Source: a virus
Taxonomy: Duplodnaviria > Caudoviricetes
Length of the DNA: 34,185 bases
IMG/VR virus record: IMGVR_UViG_3300032332_000488
Coordinates: 1 to 34,185 of that record
Reading direction: 5' to 3' (one strand)
The translations under genes and the position numbers were made by a program. Below, piece by piece: positions 1 through 7,546 of this stretch (within the stretch, counting starts at the first letter, position 1; every line of letters starts with the position of its first letter). Below the pieces are notes generated by a model, which saw nothing but the letters and a program-made list of their open reading frames with translations, did not search any database and was not told the origin of the DNA.

Positions 1-123
1 ATAGGATGTGGCAGTAGTTGTGATTTGTACTGAGCCAACCTCAGTTCCTTGCCTTGCAAAAGAAACCACAATTCCATCTGAACTATTGCGATTGAATCGA
101 CCAGCAACTGTGTTATCTCTTGA
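1..123. repeat. Terminal direct repeat, left copy (circular assembly overlap)
   Basis: 1-123 is identical to 34063-34185, and a reading frame runs through the junction, so the contig is a closed circle of 34,062 bp. Confidence 0.95.
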
Positions 124-723
124 GACACAAAGTTGTCCAGCACTTTCTAAATAAATTCCAGTTGATGTATTGTTGCTTCCGGGGTAATCCACGGTGTAGT
201 TGCCGCTAAAAAAAGCAGAACCGCTAGAATTCATACGGAATCGTTCTGAGCCATTTGTTGAAAGTCCAACAGAATTTGCTGCTGGTAAATATATACCGTT
301 CCCCGTTGCGCTTGAGCCAGTTGGAATAAACTTTGTTCCAGTTACTGTTCCAAGAGAAGTTAAATTTGTCCCATCAAAAACTAAATTTGCAGAACCAGCA
401 AATGCGCCAGCATTGTTGTACTGAATTTGAGTGGTAGAGCCGCCTGGAGAGCCGCCAGCATTAGCCCAAGTAGGCGCAGCGCCTGTGCCAGCAGAGGTCA
501 GCACCTGACCGCTTGTGCCAGAAGCGCCCGTTAACAATAATGCAGTTGTTACGTTGGCAGAAGATAACGTTGGACTGGTTAACGTCAAGTTACCTATTGA
601 CGTAGTGGTATTACCCAAATAAACAGCCGTATTACCAAGCGTTATAGCCGTGGCAAAATTGCTGTCCAACTGAGACAGCGGAATAGCAGCGGTTGCAGTG
701 CCAAAGGTATATGGGACAGCCAT
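1..723 (-). CDS. Tail fibre/spike, N-terminal part (continues across the junction to 33652; about 377 aa in total)
   Basis: Read by hand from ATG at 723: MAVPYTFGTATAAIPLSQLDSNF...GTSGQVLTSAGTGAAPTW...GGSTTQIQYNNAGAFAG..., open to base 1 and in frame with ORF 33652..34131. Missing from the ORF track. Confidence 0.85.
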   Translation of the reverse strand, partial: MAVPYTFGTATAAIPLSQLDSNFATAITLGNTAVYLGNTTTSIGNLTLTSPTLSSANVTTALLLTGASGTSGQVLTSAGTGAAPTWANAGGSPGGSTTQIQYNNAGAFAGSANLVFDGTNLTSLGTVTGTKFIPTGSSATGNGIYLPAANSVGLSTNGSERFRMNSSGSAFFSGNYTVDYPGSNNTSTGIYLESAGQLCVSRDNTVAGRFNRNSSDGIVVSFARQGTEVGSVQITTTATSY

Positions 724-724
724 G

Positions 725-2944
725 TTAGAACCTCACTCGTAGTTCATGTTCAAATTCAAACGTGTTAACTACAAACCCTGGGTCTGTAGAAGTCATTGTC
801 AGACCCAAATACTTACCGTATTGCTGGGCATCTGATTTATAAAGAGCATAACCGTTACTTGTCAACCAGCCAATAGTGGCGTTGGAATTATTTTTCCAAG
901 TAATAGTTGTCCCTGAATTGTTGTACCACGTAACTGTGTTGTTCAGCACGTAGGTAGGACTGGAGCCACTTTCGCTATCCACTGTCACGTTGAATGTGCC
1001 ACCAGTGGTAAGCGTAGCCTCAATACCAAACTTCAAAGCCTGCTTGGTACGGATAGGGTCTTTCATGGGCGACAAAGCCGTCTGTATCTTGCTAGACACG
1101 TTGGCAGTCGAGCTGGCATATAGCTTATACAACGACTTGTCCGCAACCCCGTACAGGTTGATGACACCGCTGACAGGCGCAGAAGTTGTGTATGTGATTG
1201 CGCCTTGGCTGGTGATAAACCACTTTTTCTCAAAGAACACCACCTGGATGTACCGCCCACCTGTTGCATACGGGTAGGTGGACTTGAGGTAGAAATTGAA
1301 TGCAGCGCACAGGATGTTGTTGAGCAACACCTGACCGCCAGTGACAGGCAGGGTGAAATCTATGTACGGGAACAGACCATCTAGCTGGTCAGAAATCTTG
1401 CTGGTGGTAGAACCTACCAGCGCATATATGCCGTAGTTGTTCATAAACAGCACACTGCGGAAGTAAGGGAAAACCCCATACCGCAAGTTACTGCCTACGC
1501 TGGCACTGACGTTAGTGTTCGTAAACAGGGTTGAGCCAGTAGTAGAAACACGCAGGTCAGAGAAGACGTTGATGCTGTCTTCACCAAAAATGTAGAGGAA
1601 GTTGTTTGCCGACAGCAGAGACTTAATGTTGCCGTGCAAGGTTGAGTCTGTTATCGGGAAGTTTCCGGCAGACACAGAGGTGAAGTCACTGTAGCTACCA
1701 GCCGCAGAATAGTAAACGGTACGCCCTGCCGCCACCCAAGTGCGTCCTGAGAAAGTGGCAACAGAGGCAATCTCATCACTGTTGAGGATGACAGTACCTG
1801 CTGCGTTAGAGCCAGAACCACCAAAAGTGACAGTGCCAGCCGCCGTATATCCACTACCAGGGTTGTTCATAATCACTTGCGTGACTGCACCACCGCTCAC
1901 AATGGCAGTGGCATTTGCGCCAGAGCCACTTGTGCCAGTTACTGTGACGTAGAAAGAACCGCTAGCCCCATATCCAGAACCGCCGTTAGTTACCAGCACA
2001 GACAGTGTGCCAGTCTTGAACGTGACAAGCTGACAAATGGCAGTAGCTCCACTGCCGCTACCGCCTGTTAAAGTGATGGTGGGAGGTGAGGTATAGCCTG
2101 TTCCAGCGTTTGTAAGGGTGATGGAGTTGACCGTACCCTTGGTTAACACGGCTGTGGCAGTGGCAGCCCCAGTAGAAAAGCCAACTGTGGGCACATTCAA
2201 ATAGCCCGAGCCTGGGACAGTCACCGTAACCGCAACAACCGCACCGCCAGAAATAGTGGCAACTGCTTGAGCTTGTGTTCCACCCTGCACATCTGGGGCA
2301 GTGATGGTCACGCCAGGCACGGCGGTGTACGCAGCTCCCCCAGCAGTTACGTTAATGCTGGTGATACCACCTGCGCCTGTAGTGATAGTTGCTTCTGCTG
2401 TAGCCTGTATGCCGCCAGTATCGTTAGGGGCGCTGATAACCACAGATGGTGCTGCTAGGTATCCAGAACCAGGGTTTGTGATGCCGATAGAGCCGACAGA
2501 CCCCATAGAGACTAGGTTTGTGCCATCCCAGTTAGACAATCCCTTTGTCGGGTCACCAATGATGACACGCTCATTCTTGTATTGAGCGGTGGAGACATTG
2601 GCACTGGAGAACGTGCCTGTTACAGCCACATTGCCTTTTGTGGAACTGGTCAGGTTGAAGTATTCAGCCCGTCCGTTGTCCTCAAAAGACAAGATGTAGT
2701 CACTGACATTGATGTTGGCAGATTCCAATGAGGTAGTCGTGTTGGCATACACCACGGCATTGCCGCCAGAGTCCAGCACGGCAGATTGAGCCTGAACAAT
2801 CTTGATGTTGCCAAACCCGATAGGCTGGGCATTCTCTATCCAGGAGAACTCTTCTTCATCAATTGCCGTTCGGTTAGCCTTTGTGTTTAGGCCTTTGAAG
2901 TTCTTGATGACAGCATAGGACTTTTTTTGCTCTGCTGCTGCCAT
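725..2944 (-). CDS. Podovirus tail nozzle / DNA-stabilisation (P22 gp10-like) protein with inserted Gly/Thr-rich repeats
   Basis: 739 aa, follows the adaptor. N-terminal NFKGLN motif, beta-rich body, and six repeats of the form VTNxGSGY..xPTVTI in the middle. Confidence 0.6.
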   Translation of the reverse strand: MAAAEQKKSYAVIKNFKGLNTKANRTAIDEEEFSWIENAQPIGFGNIKIVQAQSAVLDSGGNAVVYANTTTSLESANINVSDYILSFEDNGRAEYFNLTSSTKGNVAVTGTFSSANVSTAQYKNERVIIGDPTKGLSNWDGTNLVSMGSVGSIGITNPGSGYLAAPSVVISAPNDTGGIQATAEATITTGAGGITSINVTAGGAAYTAVPGVTITAPDVQGGTQAQAVATISGGAVVAVTVTVPGSGYLNVPTVGFSTGAATATAVLTKGTVNSITLTNAGTGYTSPPTITLTGGSGSGATAICQLVTFKTGTLSVLVTNGGSGYGASGSFYVTVTGTSGSGANATAIVSGGAVTQVIMNNPGSGYTAAGTVTFGGSGSNAAGTVILNSDEIASVATFSGRTWVAAGRTVYYSAAGSYSDFTSVSAGNFPITDSTLHGNIKSLLSANNFLYIFGEDSINVFSDLRVSTTGSTLFTNTNVSASVGSNLRYGVFPYFRSVLFMNNYGIYALVGSTTSKISDQLDGLFPYIDFTLPVTGGQVLLNNILCAAFNFYLKSTYPYATGGRYIQVVFFEKKWFITSQGAITYTTSAPVSGVINLYGVADKSLYKLYASSTANVSSKIQTALSPMKDPIRTKQALKFGIEATLTTGGTFNVTVDSESGSSPTYVLNNTVTWYNNSGTTITWKNNSNATIGWLTSNGYALYKSDAQQYGKYLGLTMTSTDPGFVVNTFEFEHELRVRF

Positions 2945-2946
2945 GA

Positions 2947-3789
2947 TTAGTACGGAGTTGAGTAGGGGTCTGGAATACGCCGTGTGAAGGTGCTGTTAAG
3001 CACGGCATTCACATGCTTCAGATATTCTTGCTTGTAAATCTCTGCTTCACCATAGCTCTGCTCTTTGTACTTGGCTTTGTAAGCCGCATAGAAAGCCACA
3101 GGTGTGGTGTAGGGGTCATTGATAGGGTCAGTGACAGACGGGTCTGTCGCAACTAAAGGCGTTGGCAGAATGGTGCTGTCAATCTCTATGGGATAAGACT
3201 GGTCAGGCACAGGCCCGATATAAATCTGAGATTGTCCATAGACTGAAAAACACACAGGTCTGCCAACATAGTTTTGCCAATACCGCAACTGGGCATTGAA
3301 GTTTGACCAAGGCAAGTAGCGCAGGGGGATGCGACTGTTGCCCCAGTAAAGCGTGATGTTCAGAATGTCTAGCGTTGTTCCCGCACTGAGAATTGCATAC
3401 GGAATAATCTCAGCAGGGCCGGAGTATTGCAAGGTTGCCGTTCCATCTGTGAACGGGGTGCTGGGGGGAAATGTGTAGTTAGCGGCAGGGTAGGGAGGCG
3501 CAGTTGTACCCAGTACGCCACCTGTAACTACTTGATAGATGAAAATGTTGCTGAATACAAAGTCACCAGCAATGACAGTTGCTCCAGCAGTCCAGACAGT
3601 CGCAGGTACACCCGTACTAGATATGGGTGTGCTAGAAATTTGAAGTGTGCGTAAACAGCCGGTATCTCTCGCTACTCTCTCACGGGCGCTATTTATATCG
3701 TCCGTTAGTTCAGCGTCTGACCAGAAGACACCATTGGCATCATGCAAGAGCCGCCGGACTTCCGAGATGTAGGAAGTGAGAGTTGCCAT
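2947..3789 (-). CDS. Head-tail adaptor/connector protein
   Basis: 280 aa; TL..YI.EVRRLL.D...W.DAEL...IN N-terminus and IYIGPVPDQ motif typical of podophage adaptors; lies between head and nozzle genes. Confidence 0.6.
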   Translation of the reverse strand: MATLTSYISEVRRLLHDANGVFWSDAELTDDINSARERVARDTGCLRTLQISSTPISSTGVPATVWTAGATVIAGDFVFSNIFIYQVVTGGVLGTTAPPYPAANYTFPPSTPFTDGTATLQYSGPAEIIPYAILSAGTTLDILNITLYWGNSRIPLRYLPWSNFNAQLRYWQNYVGRPVCFSVYGQSQIYIGPVPDQSYPIEIDSTILPTPLVATDPSVTDPINDPYTTPVAFYAAYKAKYKEQSYGEAEIYKQEYLKHVNAVLNSTFTRRIPDPYSTPY

Positions 3790-3801
3790 TTGGCTTCCAT
3801 T

Positions 3802-4140
3802 TTAAGCTGCCCTTTGGGTGACCTTTCCCCCGGCAGCTTTCTCAAGCCGCAGAGGTACTACGCCAACCGCCGAGGGTAACGAGCGGTTCTGTTGGGGAGC
3901 TTCTGTCTGAATATCAAATTTAGACAGTTTCTCCATTCCTTGTTCCAATTCGGAGTGAAGGCGTATCCAGCCCAGATGGGCCAGACACGACTCCTTATCG
4001 TCTTTACCGTAACCAAAGATGTGTTGAGCAGCCTCTAAAGGTATCTCAACAGTCTTCCCGACTGGGAATTCCAATTCTGAATAAGCATACATTACTGCAA
4101 GCCTATCAGGAGAACGGTTGGTTACGTAGACAACACTCAT
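3802..4140 (-). CDS. Hypothetical protein in head module
   Basis: 112 aa; ATGA overlap with upstream gene. Confidence 0.7.
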   Translation of the reverse strand: MSVVYVTNRSPDRLAVMYAYSELEFPVGKTVEIPLEAAQHIFGYGKDDKESCLAHLGWIRLHSELEQGMEKLSKFDIQTEAPQQNRSLPSAVGVVPLRLEKAAGGKVTQRAA

Positions 4141-4547
4141 AGCGTCACAATGTCGCCGTAGACAGAGATTTCCACCGAGTTATTAGCTGCGGCTCCCGTG
4201 TTCACACAAACAAACAAAGAACCAGAATAGACCGTAGTGGCGGTGTTAGCCGTCAAGTTCAGGTCTTGGTACTTGGTTGTTCCTGTGACGTTTGCCAGCA
4301 CGACAGCGTTAGACACCGCATTTGCAAGAGCACCATCAGAGCTATTGATGATGGTCACGTTTGCGAGGGCTACGCTGCCGTTGGCTCCAGCCACGGTGAT
4401 ACGGCGAACAATGTAGCTTGTACCAACAGTTGGAATTGTCGCAACAGCATTACCCGTGTTGCCCAGCCCGATAGGATTGGGGGTAACGCCAATGAGAAAA
4501 TTACCGAAGCTGTCAGGATACCGTGAACCTACATTATTTGCGTTCAT
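4137..4547 (-). CDS. Putative virion structural (decoration-like) protein
   Basis: 136 aa, rich in Asn/Thr/Val/Ala; SD AAGGA; two genes downstream of the major capsid gene. Confidence 0.55.
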   Translation of the reverse strand: MNANNVGSRYPDSFGNFLIGVTPNPIGLGNTGNAVATIPTVGTSYIVRRITVAGANGSVALANVTIINSSDGALANAVSNAVVLANVTGTTKYQDLNLTANTATTVYSGSLFVCVNTGAAANNSVEISVYGDIVTL

Positions 4548-4556
4548 ACCGATTCC

Positions 4557-4880
4557 TTATGATGCGTAGGTGCTGCTAACGTTGATACCACCATTGGTAG
4601 CCAACAGAGTAACAGTACCGTTACCAGCAATCGTAGACTGGGCAAACACGTTTACACCATCAGACAGAATCACGCCACCAGTGTTGTTGGCGAGAACTGT
4701 TGCGATGGTAGAACCGTTGTTTGCAGTAACAATCACGTTAGCGGCTGGGAACATCACATACACACCAGCAGGAATCACTGCGCCAGCATTGGTTGCTGTA
4801 ACAGTGGCATTGCTGAAATATGCACCAGCGGAGTTGGTGGTTGCACCAGCCAGGATGATTTTGTTAGTTGATAGAGACAT
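4557..4880 (-). CDS. Putative head decoration/minor capsid protein
   Basis: 107 aa, small-residue rich; strong SD TAAGGAG; directly downstream of the capsid gene. Confidence 0.55.
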   Translation of the reverse strand: MSLSTNKIILAGATTNSAGAYFSNATVTATNAGAVIPAGVYVMFPAANVIVTANNGSTIATVLANNTGGVILSDGVNVFAQSTIAGNGTVTLLATNGGINVSSTYAS

Positions 4881-4889
4881 GATGACTCC

Positions 4890-5891
4890 TTACAGTGAGA
4901 GGTAGTTGTAACCAGACACCACGGTCATCGACTTGGGTTTGACGTTTACCAATTCGGCAATCATCAAAACCGCACCAACATAACCAATCTGCCAGTTCGG
5001 GAGGGTGGATTCAAATCCAGTAAACACAAACGAACCTTGCTCATGGATGTAGAGCGACAGGTAGTTGGTGTTCAGGAAGTAAACCGTACCTTCTGGGCAG
5101 TAGGGGTCAGGATAAATGGGAACACCAGCAACCATCAGGGCACGGAATGCTGCCTGGGGGCCGTTGTTGTCGCCATCAAAGCCGGAGCCTGGAGTAATGA
5201 CATACTGTTCTTGACCAACATAGTCTTGAGCCAGCAAAGTCCAAGTGCCGAAACCGCAAACACCAAAGCTAGGCATTTCAGCGCCGTTTTTCACAGTGCC
5301 GGAAATGTATTGCAGGATGTTTTGACGGGTTGGGTTCACAGAACCCGCAGCGTAGGCTTTGGACTGCCACCAGCTATAAGTCGAGCGGTTGATGTTGCCA
5401 TAAGTGCCAGTGGCGCTAACGGCAGCAGGAAGACCGATAAACTGCTGAGTGTTGGTAGTGTTGTTGTACAACGCCGTTGCCATTGCATCCATCATCACGT
5501 TGGTTGCATCGTTCATACGAGCTTCAATCAACGGAATAATAGCTGCGTCTTGCTGAACAGCGCCTTCCATACCAAGGAACGGCACGGGAGAAATCATCAG
5601 CTTGAGGTCAAACTCAGCGTTGTAAGCACCTTGCTGAACTGACGGCTGGGCAAAAGAGCCAGAGTAGTCAGACCACTGAGCATTCACAAACTGAGCGCCC
5701 TGCACGGGCACGGTTACGGAAGACACACCGCCGGAGGCTTGCTGACTGTTGGCAATCAGAGCCGCCATTAGGGGTGTCGAGTTGTAAAGCTGGACAACCA
5801 GCTTGGGGATAAAGGCTCTACGAGTAACGTAGGTCAGTTCATTGAATTGACTTGACCCTGTTGCCGGTACGATGCCGCCGCCAATAGCCAT
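4890..5891 (-). CDS. Major capsid protein (HK97 fold)
   Basis: 333 aa; perfect SD TAAGGAGG; follows scaffold and portal; GTYGNINR..YSWW, GVPIYPDPYCP and YFLNTNYL motifs seen in podophage capsids. Confidence 0.85.
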   Translation of the reverse strand: MAIGGGIVPATGSSQFNELTYVTRRAFIPKLVVQLYNSTPLMAALIANSQQASGGVSSVTVPVQGAQFVNAQWSDYSGSFAQPSVQQGAYNAEFDLKLMISPVPFLGMEGAVQQDAAIIPLIEARMNDATNVMMDAMATALYNNTTNTQQFIGLPAAVSATGTYGNINRSTYSWWQSKAYAAGSVNPTRQNILQYISGTVKNGAEMPSFGVCGFGTWTLLAQDYVGQEQYVITPGSGFDGDNNGPQAAFRALMVAGVPIYPDPYCPEGTVYFLNTNYLSLYIHEQGSFVFTGFESTLPNWQIGYVGAVLMIAELVNVKPKSMTVVSGYNYLSL

Positions 5892-5919
5892 AAGGCCTCC
5901 TTAGAAAAAAATACCCTCT

Positions 5920-6450
5920 TTACAGCCCAATGGGGCGCTGCGGTTTCCGCAGGTCATTGAGTGCTTTCATAGCTTCTGAACGAGCAGCAGTTGTCGGATT
6001 CTTCCAGTATCCCTTTAAATCAAACTGTTGAATGACTTGGGGGTTGTAACCAGAAGAAGTCGGAACTGCCGCTTGCTTCATCCACGTATGATACTGTGCT
6101 GCTGTTTCATGGTTGGTGATACCTTGCTCCAGCATGATTTTCTCCACGTCGCTTACTTCATCTTCAGAAGCAATCAATCCTTTTTTCATCAAGGACTGAC
6201 GGCGCTTTTGCAATTCTTCTATCGCATCCCGCTCACGCAACTTGGCTTCCAACTGTTGCACACGCTCTTCAGAACGGTTAACCGCCTTGTGCGTGTAGTC
6301 TTCAATATCAAGTTCGGGAATGGGGAGGTCTGGCTTGACCTTTTTGGTCATCCGCAGAAACTCTTTGCGAGTGGCGGGATTCTCAGCGAGTTGTTGGGCC
6401 AAGGCCGCTAACTCATCCCGAGCATCTGATGAAATGTTTTCAAGTGACAT
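5920..6450 (-). CDS. Capsid scaffolding protein (putative)
   Basis: 176 aa, charged and coiled-coil-like, immediately upstream of the capsid gene. Confidence 0.6.
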   Translation of the reverse strand: MSLENISSDARDELAALAQQLAENPATRKEFLRMTKKVKPDLPIPELDIEDYTHKAVNRSEERVQQLEAKLRERDAIEELQKRRQSLMKKGLIASEDEVSDVEKIMLEQGITNHETAAQYHTWMKQAAVPTSSGYNPQVIQQFDLKGYWKNPTTAARSEAMKALNDLRKPQRPIGL

Positions 6451-6470
6451 GGTTTACCCTCTTTATACGA

Positions 6471-6653
6471 TTAGATGACTTTTTTGCCATCAGCAGGTTT
6501 CTGCACAGCCATGCCAGCCTTGCCGACTTTGTTCGGAGCGGACAAGCCGCCGAGCTGTGAGAAACGGGGAGTGTTGGTGATAACACCGTGCTGCTGATTG
6601 TTGTCAGTAGGACGGCGGGGTGCGGCTGCGCCACGGGGCTTGAACAAGTCCAT
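6471..6653 (-). CDS. Small basic hypothetical protein
   Basis: 60 aa; SD TAAGGA; fills the gap between neighbouring genes. Confidence 0.7.
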   Translation of the reverse strand: MDLFKPRGAAAPRRPTDNNQQHGVITNTPRFSQLGGLSAPNKVGKAGMAVQKPADGKKVI

Positions 6654-6662
6654 GTTGTTTCC

Positions 6663-7127
6663 TTACATTGGGGGTGGAGTTGGTGCGCCGCCAGGAGGAG
6701 GCATACCGGGAATCGGCGCTGCTTGCATTGCCTTACCTTCAGGCGTTGCGCCACCTGCCTGGGGTAATGTTTGCAGCATCTGCAAAATTTCAGATTGCTG
6801 GAGTTCGTTTGTTTTGTTTTTCCGTGGCCCCATCAACCCGGTGAGAGAGCGAATAGCTGCCAGAGCTTTAGCGCCTTCTTCAGATTCGGAACCCAAGGCT
6901 GGAAGAGACTGCTCCAGCAAATCCATTGCCATGCCAATGTTAATCATTGCCGCCTCTTTTGAACCCATCTTTGGTTCAGGCGTAGACATGGGGGAAGCCA
7001 TCGGGGGAGTTTCAGCGTCAGAGATTGCGCCGACAGGCATCGCATCAGGTTCGGGGACGGGAGCGGGTGCAGCGGCAGAACGACTGCCTCGCATCAATTC
7101 CATCAACTTATCTGTTGGTACTGCCAT
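6663..7127 (-). CDS. Pro/Met-rich head-module protein
   Basis: Start moved to ATG 7127 (MAVPTDKLM...) behind SD AAGGAG; 154 aa with low-complexity ends. Confidence 0.7.
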   Translation of the reverse strand: MAVPTDKLMELMRGSRSAAAPAPVPEPDAMPVGAISDAETPPMASPMSTPEPKMGSKEAAMINIGMAMDLLEQSLPALGSESEEGAKALAAIRSLTGLMGPRKNKTNELQQSEILQMLQTLPQAGGATPEGKAMQAAPIPGMPPPGGAPTPPPM

Positions 7128-7145
7128 AAAAACTCCTTGTGCGCC

Positions 7146-7175
7146 GTTTGTAACCACTTACAAACCGCTTGTCAA
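7146..7175 (-). promoter_or_regulatory. Sigma70-like promoter for scaffold/capsid genes overlapped by an inverted repeat
   Basis: Minus strand TTGACA(7175-7170)-N17-TACAAA(7152-7147); inverted repeat GTTTGTAA-N4-TTACAAAC at 7146-7165. Confidence 0.5.
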
Positions 7176-7180
7176 TAGGT

Positions 7181-7226
7181 GGGAAGCATTTTATGTCTGC
7201 TTCCCAAAGACAAATCCTTACGGATT
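7181..7226 (-). other. RNA structure B: GNRA hairpin + H-type pseudoknot after micro-ORF B
   Basis: Minus strand AATCC-GTAA-GGATT, then TGTCT-TT-GGGAAGC-AGACA-TAAAAT-GCTTCCC (S1 5 bp, S2 7-8 bp). Confidence 0.7.
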
Positions 7227-7263
7227 ACTTGCGGCCTTTACGACCTTTACGAGCTTTACGCAT
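7225..7263 (-). CDS. 12-aa basic micropeptide B (MRKARKGRKGRK)
   Basis: SD GAGAAGGAG, 6-nt spacer, ATG, 12 codons, TAA; below the ORF-track size cut-off. Confidence 0.7.
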   Translation of the reverse strand: MRKARKGRKGRK

Positions 7264-7285
7264 GATGCGCTCCTTCTCAACAAGC

Positions 7286-7335
7286 GGCCACTTACTTAAA
7301 GGGGAAGCAGCCATACCCTTTTTCCTTGCGGGAAA
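7286..7335 (-). other. RNA structure A: hairpin + H-type pseudoknot after micro-ORF A
   Basis: Minus strand TTTCC-CGCAA-GGAAA, then AAGGG-TAT-GGCTGCTT-C-CCCTT-TAAGT-AAGTGGCC (S1 5 bp, S2 8 bp with two G-U). Confidence 0.65.
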
Positions 7336-7337
7336 TT

Positions 7338-7376
7338 TTACCGACGAGTCTTGCGACCACGCTTTGCTTTGTACAT
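7338..7376 (-). CDS. 12-aa basic micropeptide A (MYKAKRGRKTRR)
   Basis: SD AGGAG, 5-nt spacer, ATG, 12 codons, TAA. Confidence 0.7.
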   Translation of the reverse strand: MYKAKRGRKTRR

Positions 7377-7387
7377 GATAGCTCCTG

Positions 7388-7546
7388 TTAGCTGCGCCGA
7401 GAGTAGTCCCGTTGACTACGCCCAGTGTAGTTTTTAACCCCAGTTTGGCGATATGTCAAGCTGGGGGACGATTCCCCTCTTTTCAGTTGCTCTGTGCTTG
7501 CCCGAGGCTGGTCAGCTTTGGGAGGCACGATTGCTTGTGTAGCCAT
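7388..7546 (-). CDS. 52-aa hypothetical protein with Arg-rich tail
   Basis: TAATG coupling to the portal stop; MATQAIVPPKADQPRASTEQLKRGESSPSLTYRQTGVKNYTGRSQRDYSRRS. Confidence 0.65.
   Translation of the reverse strand: MATQAIVPPKADQPRASTEQLKRGESSPSLTYRQTGVKNYTGRSQRDYSRRS

Noticed and set aside
1-123. 123-bp terminal repeat as a biological direct terminal repeat
   Set aside because: It falls in the middle of the tail fibre gene, which reads through the junction; best explained as assembler overlap on a circular contig.
7181-7376. Micro-ORF/pseudoknot region as tmRNA or a known self-cleaving ribozyme
   Set aside because: No tRNA-like acceptor or T arm, the ORFs have their own SD and ATG, and I could not find hammerhead, HDV, twister or pistol core residues; an Infernal search is still warranted.
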